From Alphaproteobacteria bacterium (GTDB lineage Bacteria > Pseudomonadota > Alphaproteobacteria > Bin95), in assembly GCA_963665325.3 (NCBI GenBank), contig CAXXWS020000001.1, positions 132,252 through 196,251 of the forward strand: a stretch of 64,000 nucleotides of DNA, written 5' to 3'. The notes under the pieces were generated by a model. That model worked only from the letters and a program-made list of their open reading frames with translations, did no database searches and was not told the origin of the DNA. Position 1 is the first letter of the stretch. The number at the start of each line of letters is the position of its first letter. Position numbers and translations under genes: made by a program. Positions 19,950-30,424 of this stretch are shown here, piece by piece.

Positions 19950-20379
19950 GGCCTGTCTTGTAATCGCTTTCGTTCGCGAGGCTCATCCGTTCTGCTGCAA
20001 ATACCCGATCATCTATCCCTCCGCCTCACGGTGATCGCCGGGCGGCGGCGACAACCTGCTGCACGGTCGCCCGCGCGAGGTGGAATTCCCGTGCGATCGC
20101 CGCCGGTTTCAGTCCGGCCTCGAAGGCGGCGAGGATGAGACGCTCCTGTCCCAGTGTCACCGATGCGGCGCTGCCAGCCGTCGCCCGATTCTCCTTTGAC
20201 GGCCTTTCTGTCTTCCGCCCCGAGGCGGAAGACCCGCCCGGTAGGTCACGGCCTCGGCGCCGAACCTCTCCGGTCGCGGCCTTCGTGAGCCGGCCGAGCT
20301 GACCGTCGTCCAGCAGACGCAGGGACCGGTCCAGATCGACCGGCAGGGCGAGCCCCGGCGGCTGCCGTCCGGTGACTCC

Positions 20380-20792
20380 GGGCGATGGCGCTGCTGCGCC
20401 GCACCGCCTATGGCCCCGAGTGGCGCTGGATGCGGATGAAGCGCATCCGCGCGGTATGGCTCCACCTCGTCGCCCGTGTCGTGCGTCATGGGCGACGGGT
20501 CAAGGTCGTGCCTGGCGCCGGCGGCGCCCATCTCATGGCCGCGCGCCAGCGGATGAACCTTGCCATGCCGCCGCCGGCATCCGCGTCCGGCTGACCCCGG
20601 CGCGAACGGATCTGCACCGATAAAACAATCCGGCACGACGCCGGACGGAGCCGCGCGCGCCCAAGACGTCGGTGAAGACCCAACCATCCCGAAAATGCCG
20701 ACCTTCCCGCTCCGCAAAAGCCTCTTGCAAGCGACAACAGCCTGATCGACGACCCGGCAGAACCCGACAGCCTGCTGAACGCGGAAATCCGG
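20380..20792 (+). pseudogene. IS1380-family transposase C-terminal remnant and possible element end
   Basis: RMKRIRAVWLHLVARVVRHGRR motif typical of IS1380 C-termini. Confidence 0.55.
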
Positions 20793-20862
20793 CCGCAAAA
20801 GAAAGCAGCTCGCCGATCAGGGGCCTTGACGCAGCCTTGAACAGTTCCCATCGTGACCGGGA

Positions 20863-21687
20863 TTGAGGGGTCTTTCAGGAGCGTATGAACCCGTGACCGG
20901 ATTCGAGCAGGCATTCGGCGAAGCGGAACAAGCCGCTGAGGCGGCACGAAAGGCTGCAGCACGTCTGGTTTCTACAGCAAATGCGGTGAAAAGGGCAGCT
21001 CAGACCGGGAATATCGCGACGATGCGGCGCGAGCAGGGCAAACTTGGCGAAGCGCTGGACGCATTGCGGGAAGAGGTTGGACGCGCCGCCGCCTGCTGGC
21101 CGTTTTCCGAAGCCGAAGAGGCGGACTATCTGAAAGAAAAATACACGCCGGAATTGCTGGAGGCAGCGGCCAGGAAGGGCTTGAACATCTATGAGCGCGA
21201 CGGGCAATTCATATCCCCGCCGTCCATCTTGCGGATCCTGCCGGACAATCGTTCCGTCCAGCTCGACAGGAAACGCATTCCAACCATCCGTCCGACCTGG
21301 CTTGCGGAATTGCTGCTCCGCAACCGGGGTAAATCCAGCGGCTTCACCCCGCGGCGGTTTCTGGAAGCGCTCTACTCCGTGTACGCAGACATAACCGGTC
21401 CGTCGGCCCTGATGTCGCAGCAGGGGGGCGGCGTCGTGCCCCTCGCCCGCATATATCGGCTCCTGACCGCCTTGCCGGGCGTGGGCCGCAGCTACGACCG
21501 GATGGATTTCGGCAGGGATCTCTACATGCTGGATTCAAGGGGGCCGCATAGGACAAGGAAGGGTGCGGAGGTGTCCTTTTCGTCATCGGGCGGCAAGTAC
21601 CGCCCGCGCGACCTGTTCTATTTCGTCGATCCCGACGGCGTCAGCATCGACTATTTCGGGATCCGCTTCAGGGAAGTTAGCGAATGA
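20863..21687 (+). CDS. Hypothetical protein, first gene of ATPase/SNF2 operon (start may be GTG 20893)
   Basis: N-terminal coiled coil; ATGA overlap with next gene. Confidence 0.8.
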   Translation: MRGLSGAYEPVTGFEQAFGEAEQAAEAARKAAARLVSTANAVKRAAQTGNIATMRREQGKLGEALDALREEVGRAAACWPFSEAEEADYLKEKYTPELLEAAARKGLNIYERDGQFISPPSILRILPDNRSVQLDRKRIPTIRPTWLAELLLRNRGKSSGFTPRRFLEALYSVYADITGPSALMSQQGGGVVPLARIYRLLTALPGVGRSYDRMDFGRDLYMLDSRGPHRTRKGAEVSFSSSGGKYRPRDLFYFVDPDGVSIDYFGIRFREVSE

Positions 21688-22649
21688 ACAACAGGATTCC
21701 GCTCGAGGACTGGCTTGCGGTCATCGACCGGGAATATCTGTCTACCTTCATCCGCAACGGTGGTTCGGCCGTCAAATTCGCGGTTGCGGAAGAGGATCGC
21801 AGGCCGGGGCTGCGTACAGCGTTGATGTCGCAAGGTGAATCGCTCGGATACTTGTTCGTCGATCTGGATGCAGCGACATGCCGGGCCTATATGCCGCAGG
21901 ATCTTTTTTTCGGCGTCGCACGTCAGGTCGATTGGCGATCGCTGGCCCGTCACGTCATCCTGGGCTTCCTCGCAGAAGAAGGCTTCGCCGTCGAGGGCAT
22001 CGAAGCGCGGGAAGCACACGCGGTCGATGCGGCTATCGCCGGGAATGCCTCCGGGCGGGACTTTGTGCGCGGTGTACTGAGGCCATATCTCGAAGACCGG
22101 ATTTTCAGGAACGCCGACCTCGCCAAGGCTTTTCGAATCGCCATGCTGCATCTCTGCCGGTTCGAGCTCCAGGACGCTGCCGGAACCGACGGATATCCCG
22201 GCCAAGCCCTTCTGGACTGGCTGACCGGCGAGGACGGCAGGATCGGACAGTTGCGCGACTTCCAGATCCGGACCCGGATCGACCGGACGACGGCGCGGCA
22301 CTTCCTGGAGTCTGCCTGTCACTGGATGAGACAGGCAGGTTATGCCGGCACGATCATCCATCTGGACAATGTCCGCGTGACTGTGGGACGAAATCCACGG
22401 GATGGACTGAAATACTATACCAGGGCCATGACGTTGGATCATTACGAGGTCTTGCGGGAATTCATAGACGGCATGGACCGGTTGCCCGGCGTTTTGCTGG
22501 CAGTTGCAACCGGCTACGAGTTCCTGAATGACGATCCCGTCAGAGGCCGGGGCTGGGGTATCTACTCCGCCCTGCGTACGAGGATCATGGACGATGTCCG
22601 TGACAGGAATGTAGTGAACCCTGTCTCGTCGTTGGTCAGAATATCCTGA
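21684..22649 (+). CDS. DUF2791/BrxD-like P-loop protein with degenerate Walker motifs
   Basis: GGSAVKF without GKT; GYAGTIIHLDN; YEVLREFID; GIYSALRTRI. Confidence 0.7.
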   Translation: MNNRIPLEDWLAVIDREYLSTFIRNGGSAVKFAVAEEDRRPGLRTALMSQGESLGYLFVDLDAATCRAYMPQDLFFGVARQVDWRSLARHVILGFLAEEGFAVEGIEAREAHAVDAAIAGNASGRDFVRGVLRPYLEDRIFRNADLAKAFRIAMLHLCRFELQDAAGTDGYPGQALLDWLTGEDGRIGQLRDFQIRTRIDRTTARHFLESACHWMRQAGYAGTIIHLDNVRVTVGRNPRDGLKYYTRAMTLDHYEVLREFIDGMDRLPGVLLAVATGYEFLNDDPVRGRGWGIYSALRTRIMDDVRDRNVVNPVSSLVRIS

Positions 22650-22669
22650 GTGAGGAGCATGCCTCAGCC

Positions 22670-23947
22670 ATGACCGTGCAATCGGACGAGTTGGCAAATG
22701 TCGCATCCAGACGCGCGATAGAGGCACTCCGGAGCGGCGTGCCCAACCGGGATGCGGTGCGGGAGCTTGGGAGCAGCCAGCCAGATGTCGAACAGCGGTT
22801 TTCCCGTATGCTGGACAGTGCCGCCGATCTTGCGCGGCCCTTGCCTGTTACGCGCGGAATGCTGATTTCAGGAGACTTCGGCGCCGGGAAATCCCATCTC
22901 CTGGCTCACCTGGAGCAGATGGCGCTTTCTGAGAACTTCGTCACGAGCCGGGTGGTGATAAGCAAGGAAACGCCGCTCTACGATTTGGGAAAGGTGTACT
23001 CTTCCGCCGCGGACAGCGCCAGAATTCCGGACCGGAATGGGCGCTTCATTGAAGAACTGTCGCTCGCCCTGAAGCCCGGGACTGAAAGCTATGACCTGTT
23101 TTCCGGAGCTATCGCCAACGCCGCACTGGACGGCCAGTTGAGCATGATGTTTCCTGCGACCCGTGTTGTGCATGAGCGGTCGCACGATCAGGAGATCCTG
23201 AACGAGATAGAGTCGTTCTGGGCCGGAGACAGAATTTCGGTTGCAAGCGTAAGGAGAGGATTGCGATCAGTCGGCGAAGCGCAGAATTACCGTTTCTCCG
23301 CGCCGAAAGCCGCGGAACTCCCGCTGCAGCGGCTCCGGTTCGCCGCCGAACTCATCCGGGGGACGGGATACAAGGGATGGATCGTCTTCATGGACGAGAT
23401 CGAACTGATCGGCAATTACTCGATATTGCAGCGAGCCAGATCCTATGCGGAGCTTGCGCGCTGGACAGGATGCGTTTCGGGGGACAGCTATTCTGGCCTG
23501 ATCGCGGTCGGCGCGGTCACGGACGATTATTTTTCGACGGTCATCGGAGCGGACGGGAAACAGGACAAAGACAAGATCGGCCCCCGGTTGCGGGAAAGCG
23601 CGCGATACGGGAGTCTGGTCGAAGCAGCCGAGGTCGGCATGACTGCGCTGGAGCGGGATGTAGTCGAATTGAAGCCGGTCGGGGACGCCGACGTGGGCGC
23701 GGTATTGGAGAAATTGCGCGATGTCTACGAAAGGGCTTACGACTGGCGGCCGCCCCCGGCCTCAAGGACTTCGGAGAGCGCGGGGTACCGTAACCAGATG
23801 CGCTACAAGGTCCGGGCGGCGATCAACGAATGGGACTTGTTAAGGTTGTGTCCCGGCTATTGCCCGGACATTGAGACCGAAGAGTTTCGACGCAGTTATA
23901 AAGAGGATGCGCAACTCGAAAGGCCGGCCGCGGACGATGTGGAATAG
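22670..23947 (+). CDS. DUF2791/BrxD-like P-loop ATPase
   Basis: IEALRSGVP, GDFGAGKSH Walker A, GYKGWIVFMDEIE Walker B. Confidence 0.82.
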   Translation: MTVQSDELANVASRRAIEALRSGVPNRDAVRELGSSQPDVEQRFSRMLDSAADLARPLPVTRGMLISGDFGAGKSHLLAHLEQMALSENFVTSRVVISKETPLYDLGKVYSSAADSARIPDRNGRFIEELSLALKPGTESYDLFSGAIANAALDGQLSMMFPATRVVHERSHDQEILNEIESFWAGDRISVASVRRGLRSVGEAQNYRFSAPKAAELPLQRLRFAAELIRGTGYKGWIVFMDEIELIGNYSILQRARSYAELARWTGCVSGDSYSGLIAVGAVTDDYFSTVIGADGKQDKDKIGPRLRESARYGSLVEAAEVGMTALERDVVELKPVGDADVGAVLEKLRDVYERAYDWRPPPASRTSESAGYRNQMRYKVRAAINEWDLLRLCPGYCPDIETEEFRRSYKEDAQLERPAADDVE

Positions 23948-23977
23948 CGGTCGACTGTAGCCAGCCGGGATTCCGGA

Positions 23978-25942
23978 ATGGCGGGCGAATACAACGCATC
24001 CGGCGGCCGGGCTGATGTCGTGGCATGGCTGCGGATTGAGGAGGTTGATCGTGTCGCCGGGGTTCGCCTGGCGCTGCTGGAGACCTCGCTGGAGGGAGAA
24101 CTTCTTGGCTTCGGATTTGCGTGTGCCCGTCGGGGAGCAGTAGCAAGAACCGCCGAGGCGTTGTTGGGGGTTGCTGTCTTTGAACCTGCGGTGATCGTGG
24201 CGTTGGCGGACGAATCGTCCTCGCGAGCACTGCAGGACTCCTTTCGAATGTCCGCACCGCTCTGCCTTGTAGGCCCCAACGGCGAGAAGTCTGGATGCGA
24301 CCTTCTTTGGCCGAGCGCATGGCCTGCACCCGATTCTCACGCCGGTCGGGTTGTCTCGGCACTGAAGTCCCGGTGCAACGCATTCGAGCCGCTGGAGCGG
24401 GCAGCGAGGGGACTGAGTGAGGCCTTCGCCGATGCGCGGGTACAGCAGGCGGCCCGCATTGCCGGGCTCGATCTGTTGTTTTCCTTGCCGATGAAGGCTT
24501 CCGGGCCAGCAGACGGTGCCGGGACGGACCTAGACGAGCGATTGCGATCAGTACTGACCATACCACGAGAGCCGCCGTTCGCCGAGTCGGACCTGAATCT
24601 GGAATGGGCAGGCGAACTGATGCCCTTCCAGCGGGATGGAGTGAGGGCGCTATTGGAGATGGACCGGCTGTTGCTGGCGGACGATATGGGGCTCGGCAAG
24701 ACGGTTCAGGCCGTCGCCGCCTTGCGGATCCTGGCGGCACGGAGCGAACCCGGATCCAGTCTCGTGGTTGCGCCGGCCAGCCTGCTCGATCAATGGCGCC
24801 GGGAGCTCGCCAAGTGGGCACCTGAGCTTTCAGCAATCGTGGTACGCGGCGCGGCGGATGACCGGACATGGCAATGGCGGGCAGACAAGGATGTCGTTCT
24901 GTCGAGTTACGAGACGTTGCGCACGGACGTCCATCGTCTGCCGGCATTGCGGCCTCCGGGAGAACGCTGGAGTTCGGTCGTGGCCGATGAAGCACAGAGG
25001 ATCAAGAACCGCAACGATACCAGCCGGGCTGTCAAGGGGCTGCCGAGAATGCGCTCCTGGGCGCTGACCGGCACACCGGTGGAGAACCGGGAAGATGAAC
25101 TCGCGTCCATCATGGAGTTTGTGGACCACAATGGTAAGGAGCAGCCCATCCACTACCGTCCCGGTCCCGCGTTGCAGCGGCGCCACCGGGAGTTGCAGCT
25201 TCGCCGTCGCAAGGGCGATGTGCTGGCCGATTTGCCGCCGAAGCTCGAGTCCCGACTGACTTTGGCGCTCCGCCCCGAACAGCGGAGGAGCTACGACCGG
25301 GCGGAACAGGAGGGCATCGTTTATCTCAGGTCTCTGGGCGCCAATGTTACCGTCCGCCATATCCTTGAGTTGATTACCCGCCTGAAGCAGATATGCAATT
25401 TCGACCCGCAGACAGGCGTGTCCGCCAAAATGGACGACATCGACGAGAAATTGCGGGAAATCTTGTCTCGTGGGCACAAGGCGCTGATTTTTTCGCAGTA
25501 CACCAACGAAATATCGGGCGTGAAGGCGGCCGCGCGCCGATTGCAGGAGTTCGCCCCGCTTGTGCTGACAGGTGAAGTGCCGGTCGAGGTGCGTCCCCGC
25601 CTTGTGGAGAGATTCAGGACCTCGGACCTGCACAGGATCATGGTCGTGTCGCTCCGCGCCGGCGGCGTCGGGCTTAATCTTCAGGAGGCCTCTTATGTGT
25701 TTCATCTGGACCGCTGGTGGAACCCGGCGGTGGAGCGGCAGGCGGAAGACCGAGCGCATCGTATCGGGCAGACGGTCAAGCTCAATGTCGTCAAATATAT
25801 TTGCGCCGATACCATTGAGGAGCGCATAGACAGGATTCTCGTCGGCAAACAGGAATTGTTCGACCGCATCGTGGACGATGTCTCGCTGGACCTGTCGAAG
25901 CGGCTGACACGCCGCGAACTTCTCGCGCTATTCGGGCTGTAA
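23978..25942 (+). CDS. SNF2-family helicase/ATPase with unknown N-terminal domain
   Basis: LADDMGLGKT, DEAQRIKN, LTGTPVEN, GGVGLNLQ, WWNPAVERQAEDRAHRIGQ. Confidence 0.93.
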   Translation: MAGEYNASGGRADVVAWLRIEEVDRVAGVRLALLETSLEGELLGFGFACARRGAVARTAEALLGVAVFEPAVIVALADESSSRALQDSFRMSAPLCLVGPNGEKSGCDLLWPSAWPAPDSHAGRVVSALKSRCNAFEPLERAARGLSEAFADARVQQAARIAGLDLLFSLPMKASGPADGAGTDLDERLRSVLTIPREPPFAESDLNLEWAGELMPFQRDGVRALLEMDRLLLADDMGLGKTVQAVAALRILAARSEPGSSLVVAPASLLDQWRRELAKWAPELSAIVVRGAADDRTWQWRADKDVVLSSYETLRTDVHRLPALRPPGERWSSVVADEAQRIKNRNDTSRAVKGLPRMRSWALTGTPVENREDELASIMEFVDHNGKEQPIHYRPGPALQRRHRELQLRRRKGDVLADLPPKLESRLTLALRPEQRRSYDRAEQEGIVYLRSLGANVTVRHILELITRLKQICNFDPQTGVSAKMDDIDEKLREILSRGHKALIFSQYTNEISGVKAAARRLQEFAPLVLTGEVPVEVRPRLVERFRTSDLHRIMVVSLRAGGVGLNLQEASYVFHLDRWWNPAVERQAEDRAHRIGQTVKLNVVKYICADTIEERIDRILVGKQELFDRIVDDVSLDLSKRLTRRELLALFGL

Positions 25943-26299
25943 GGTGAAACCGGATCCCGGTAGCTCACCTTCGATGGCGAGTGCAATGTTCACATCTATG
26001 TTAGCCCAAGCCCAACTTGATGATCGTAGCCGATACCTTCAGCCGGTGTCGGACGTGGCCGAGTCCTCTGTGACCGGCCGGCGGCCTTCTGTCCGCTTGC
26101 GGAAAAGTGTACGAGGGTTCCAGCGCGGCAACGACGTTGAGTGTAGTCAGCCTGCGGCACGGTCCGTCGACCGCCGACTGCGCCTCCACGGCGCACAGAG
26201 GTCGTCACCCCGTAGTCCACCACAGGTTTCCGTAAAGAGACAGCGCGAACCGTTGCCTAGCAAGGGGTACCGGGTTTCCCCGCCCGGTAATCAGAAGGA

Positions 26300-26470
26300 G
26301 TTCGAAGCCCCGGTTGGGCGGGAAGCTGATGCGGTGCCGCTGACCATCAACCTCGACGCCACGATCATCGCCTCGGAAGAGCGCGAATTCCTGTTCACCT
26401 GGCGGACGGCGGAACGGATGGTTCCGGGTGAGCGGGGCTACCAGCCGCCGGGTGCTTTCTGCCTAGAAGT
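26300..26470 (+). pseudogene. IS1380-family transposase internal remnant
   Basis: LTINLDATIIASE...GERGYQP. Confidence 0.55.
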
Positions 26471-26646
26471 CAGGAGCCGCGTCAGACGCAGCACCGGCAA
26501 AACGGCACTGGTGCGTCGACCGCCCCGAAGGCGGCGGTCTGAGCGCGGGATGAACGGTGGTGCTCCCGAATGCTGCCCCACGAGCCCTTGTGCAGGGTCT
26601 GGAATGCAGCCTGCCAGCCTCCGACAGCAACAGCTCCTGATTATTC

Positions 26647-26697
26647 TTGACCGGCAAAACGGTCAATAGTATTATATTGACTGATAAAACAGTCAAT
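26647..26697 (+). promoter_or_regulatory. Two palindromic operators in the hipBA promoter
   Basis: TTGACCG-N6-CGGTCAA and TTGACTG-N6-CAGTCAA around an AT-rich -10-like stretch. Confidence 0.75.
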
Positions 26698-26705
26698 GCT
26701 TTGCC

Positions 26706-27041
26706 ATGCCGAGCGCGCCACGTTCATACTCGCGCCTTACAGAAGATGCGCTCCTTCTGCTGGGCAAGCAAATCAGGCTCGCTCGGAAACGCCGACGCAT
26801 GTCCGAGCACGATCTCGCGACCCGCATAGGCATCGCCAGAAGCACGTTGCAACAGATCGAGAAGGGCAAACCTTCCGTGGCGATCGGCCTCGTGCTGGAA
26901 GCCGCCACCCTCACCGGCGTCGATCTGTTCGTTCCGGAAGCGACGACTCTCGCGCCTCAGGTAGAGCGAACCGACGACAAGCTCGCCTTGATGCCCGGCT
27001 CGATCCGCAAGCCCCGACACGAGGTCGACGATGACTTCTGA
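26706..27041 (+). CDS. hipB: HipB-like XRE/HTH antitoxin
   Basis: IRLARKRRRMSEHDLATRIGIARSTLQQIEKG. Confidence 0.85.
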   Translation: MPSAPRSYSRLTEDALLLLGKQIRLARKRRRMSEHDLATRIGIARSTLQQIEKGKPSVAIGLVLEAATLTGVDLFVPEATTLAPQVERTDDKLALMPGSIRKPRHEVDDDF

Positions 27042-28329
27042 CGCGGCTCAGCTCCACGGGGCGTTCGTCTGGATATGGCTGCCCGGGAGGACCTCGCCGG
27101 TGGTTGCGGGCCATGTTCACGCGGAAGATGACCACTTCGTCTTCACATATGGTCGATCCTATCTCTCCAGAGACGGCGCGATCCCGATTTATGCACCCGA
27201 ATTGCCCTTGCGCCGTGGCGCCATCGTACCCGACCCGCCGCTGGAGATCGCCAACGCCCTGCGGGACGCTTCACCCGATGCCTGGGGTCGTCGTGTGATC
27301 GCCCATCGCCTCGCCGGCAGCTACGGCGAAATGAATGCGTTCGCCGATCTCGGCGAGCTCACCTCCATGCTTCGGTCCGGGTCCGACCGCACCGGCGCGC
27401 TCGACTTCCAGGCATCCCCCCGCGACTATGTTCCCCGCGAGGCCGACAACGAGACTCTCGAACGCCTGCTGGACTCGGCCGATCGGGTTGATCGCGGCCT
27501 GCCGCTAGCGCCGGACCTCGCCGAAGCGTTGCAGCACGGGACGGCGATCGGGGGAGCGAGGCCCAAGGCGCTCATCCGGGACGGAGACGCCAAGTATGTC
27601 GCGAAGTTCTCCTCCTCGACCGACACCTACAGCGTTGTCAAAGCTGAGTTCGTCGCCATGCGTTTAGCGGACCTCGTCGGGTTGAGCGTTGCCCCGGTCA
27701 GTCTCGCCCGGGCGATGAACAAGGATGTGCTGCTGATCCGGCGCTTCGACCGTGAGCGTGCGGAGAACGGTTGGACAAGGCGCGCTATGGTATCCGCGCT
27801 TACCCTGCTCCGTCTCGACGAACGCATGGCCGCCCATGCGTCTTACGAGACGCTCGCTGATATCGTTCGGGCGCGCTTCACCGACCCGGCTGAGACCTTG
27901 AGAGAGCTGTTCGCGCGCATGACCTTCAACATTCTCGTCGGCAACACAGACGATCATGCCCGGAATCATGCCGCCTTCTGGGACGGCGACAGTCTCACGC
28001 TCACGCCGGCCTACGACGTTTGCCCGCAATCGAGGACCGGACGCGAGGCTTCTCAGGCGATGCAAATCCACGGGCTCGAGCGTCGCAGCCAGCTCTCGTT
28101 GTGTCTTGCCGCTGCCACCAAGTTTCTCCTTACAGAGGAGCACGCCATGGCAATCATGGAGCAACAGATCGCAGTCATCGTGTCGAACTGGCAAGCGGTC
28201 TGCAACGAGGCGGCGTTGAGCGATGCCGATCAACACTTGCTGTGGCGGCGGCAATTCCTGAACGACCTGGCATTCGAGGGTCTTGAGGACCGGTTTGCTG
28301 ACGTCTTGCATGGTCGATCCAGAGCATAA
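27031..28329 (+). CDS. hipA: HipA-family kinase toxin
   Basis: PDAWGR, GGARPK, RRFDR, GNTDDHARNH, PAYD. Confidence 0.92.
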   Translation: MTSDAAQLHGAFVWIWLPGRTSPVVAGHVHAEDDHFVFTYGRSYLSRDGAIPIYAPELPLRRGAIVPDPPLEIANALRDASPDAWGRRVIAHRLAGSYGEMNAFADLGELTSMLRSGSDRTGALDFQASPRDYVPREADNETLERLLDSADRVDRGLPLAPDLAEALQHGTAIGGARPKALIRDGDAKYVAKFSSSTDTYSVVKAEFVAMRLADLVGLSVAPVSLARAMNKDVLLIRRFDRERAENGWTRRAMVSALTLLRLDERMAAHASYETLADIVRARFTDPAETLRELFARMTFNILVGNTDDHARNHAAFWDGDSLTLTPAYDVCPQSRTGREASQAMQIHGLERRSQLSLCLAAATKFLLTEEHAMAIMEQQIAVIVSNWQAVCNEAALSDADQHLLWRRQFLNDLAFEGLEDRFADVLHGRSRA

Positions 28330-28836
28330 TACAGGCCCGCCTCACTGGTGGCCCGCATCTCGCAAGCCTGGGACCGCATCCTTGAGCGGGCCATCGCCTC
28401 TCACAAAGAAATGCCACCGCTCCAGACCGGAAAGCGCAGACGACAAAAGCGCCGCATCGGTCACAACCTCGCCCTCCGGCTCCAGAAGTACAAGGAGGGG
28501 TGCCTGCGCTTCCTCACCGATCCGCGAACACCCTTCTCCAACAATGCCGAGCGCGACCTTCGAATGGGCAAGCTGCGCCAGAAAATCTCAGGCGGCTTCC
28601 GCTCGATGCAAGGTGCCCGCGACTTCGCAAACCTGCGATCCGTCATCGCCACCGCTCGAAAACAGCGCTGGAATGTCCTCGAAACCCTGGCGCACCCCGA
28701 TCCAATCCAGCTGATCCCCGTATTGCGCTTCTGAAATCCTGCGCTGCTCCGGGAAAGCGCCGCCTGACCCCTAGCTGGCCAGGACCATCAATCCATCACG
28801 TCCGACTGCTCCGCAGAATCAGACCTGGGCAGTTAT
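28330..28836 (+). pseudogene. tnpC: 3' end of IS66 element 1 family (tnpC C-terminus and right IR)
   Basis: Near-identical to reverse complement of 1630-1835; continues AERDLRMGKLRQKISGGFRS; IR ACCTGGGCAGTTAT. Confidence 0.85.
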
Positions 28837-28896
28837 ACCAGCGGTGCCGGGTTGAGACTCATGGGTTGGCGCCGTCCGCTCGGCGTTCCGGCCGTC

Positions 28897-29004
28897 TCCT
28901 CATCCTGAGTAGCGCCCGCGTCAGCGGGCGCGTATCGAAGGACCGGCACGCCGGTGGAAACGCCTCCCTCGATACGCGGCTGACGCCGCTACTCGGGATG
29001 AGGA
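28897..29004. repeat. Alphaproteobacterial REP-like palindromic element
   Basis: CCTCATCCTGAGTAGCG...CGTATCGAAGG / CTCGATACGC...CGCTACTCGGGATGAGG nested inverted repeats. Confidence 0.7.
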
Positions 29005-29330
29005 GGTAGAGGACCGGGCCGACGGCAGGGGCGCCCTCGCTATCGGTTCCGATCAACCGCCGCTGGTATTACGATCATTTTATTCACGTTTCCTCCTGCG
29101 GTCCTGTGATCGACCTCGCGCCCCTAACGTACCGGGAGGGGGAACATTGGATGCTGTTTCTGCTTCCTTCGGCCGCTCGGCGCAGACGTTCACCGGGGCT
29201 GTGAACTTGCTGCCTCAGCACAGAACTGCCGTGCACTCGCAGACTGATGGTTAGCGCGCCGTCTTCATACCGGCCGCAGCCAGGCTCGTGATCCTTGCAG
29301 GTACTTCCCGGCCGCCGGCCCATCGGGCCA

Positions 29331-29549
29331 TCAGGCGGCAACCTCCACCACCGCCGCCGTGCATTGTGGAGCCGGAACCGGATCACCGTGCTCCCGTAGG
29401 CTTTCGATGTGCAGAACGATGGCCGTTCCAATCTCCCGGATTGCCTCGTCGCGGGTCGCCCCCGTGGCCACGCATCCGGGCAAGTCAGGCACATAGGCGG
29501 CGTAGTTCCGAGGCGCCTTCTCGATCACGATCGTGTATTCCATCTCCAT
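29331..29549 (-). CDS. hicB: HicB-family antitoxin
   Basis: YAAYVPDLPGCVATGAT..EA...HIESLRE.G.PVP. Confidence 0.9.
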   Translation of the reverse strand: MEMEYTIVIEKAPRNYAAYVPDLPGCVATGATRDEAIREIGTAIVLHIESLREHGDPVPAPQCTAAVVEVAA

Positions 29550-29551
29550 CC

Positions 29552-29743
29552 TCACTTCTTCAGTCCCGCCTGCTTCAGGATGCTGGCCCAAGTGCCCGGG
29601 GGAAGGTCGTCGCCGGCCTTGCCGGCTATCGTCACTGTCCCCGGCTTGTCCGGATGCCGGTACTGGCGATGGCTGCCCCTGACTCGGACCATCGACCAGC
29701 CCTCCCGCTCGACGAGGCGGATTGCATCACGGACCTTGGGCAT
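29552..29743 (-). CDS. hicA: HicA-family toxin
   Basis: GW...RVRGSHRQYRHP...GT..SILKQAGL. Confidence 0.92.
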   Translation of the reverse strand: MPKVRDAIRLVEREGWSMVRVRGSHRQYRHPDKPGTVTIAGKAGDDLPPGTWASILKQAGLKK

Positions 29744-29802
29744 ACGGCACAGATGTCAACCGCGACACGTGACGAAACTCCGGCTCCCCCGTTCGACCGG
29801 AC

Positions 29803-30090
29803 TCACGACGAGGCGCCACTGATCACGGTATTGCGGAGCGCCGTGGCCGGTTTGAACGTCGGCGCGGTCGAAGCCTCGACCGCCACGGGCGCTCCCGTGC
29901 GCGGATTGCGTGCAGTACGGGCGGGCCGGGAGCGGGTGGCGAACTGGCCGAACCCGGCGATTCTGACTCCCTCCCGCCGGCCAAGCGCCTCGGTGACCGC
30001 CTCGAACACCACATCCACCGCAGCGGCCACATCCGTCCGGCTCAAGCCGGTTCGAGCGGCCACGTCGTCGACAAGTTCCGACTTATTCAA
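29803..30090 (-). CDS. HU/IHF-family DNA-binding protein
   Basis: NKSELV...GFGQF...ARNPRTG...PTFKP; TTG start. Confidence 0.9.
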   Translation of the reverse strand: MNKSELVDDVAARTGLSRTDVAAAVDVVFEAVTEALGRREGVRIAGFGQFATRSRPARTARNPRTGAPVAVEASTAPTFKPATALRNTVISGASS

Positions 30091-30424
30091 GCGCTCGCTC
30101 CCTAAAGACTTGCCCGGTTGCACCTCCGACCGCCGCTCGCTCGCGCGGTCGGATACCTCGCGACCAACGTAACACGAAACGCGGCTACGCCGATCCCGGT
30201 TCCACGCTCATCGACACTGCGCTGCGCCGGGCCCACGTCCAGAGCATTGATGCATGCGACCCACCGACAGGACTCCACAGGCTGCCGGTCCTGTGCGCCC
30301 GGCTCGACCGATCCGCCGCCATCGGTATGGTCGGCCATCCCACCGCCATGCCAGTCCATCGCCGGCCCGGCCGGGGTACGTACAGCCGGCCCGCCGACGG
30401 CGGAGCCGGGGACGCGCTGTCCGG

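Noticed and set aside
20863-25942. Canonical BREX or Shango
   Set aside because: No PglX, PglZ or TerB-domain gene, and the helicase is SNF2-type
20380-26470. Intact IS1380 composite transposon around the four-gene operon
   Set aside because: Both flanks are short degenerate remnants; IRs ambiguous and no TSD found
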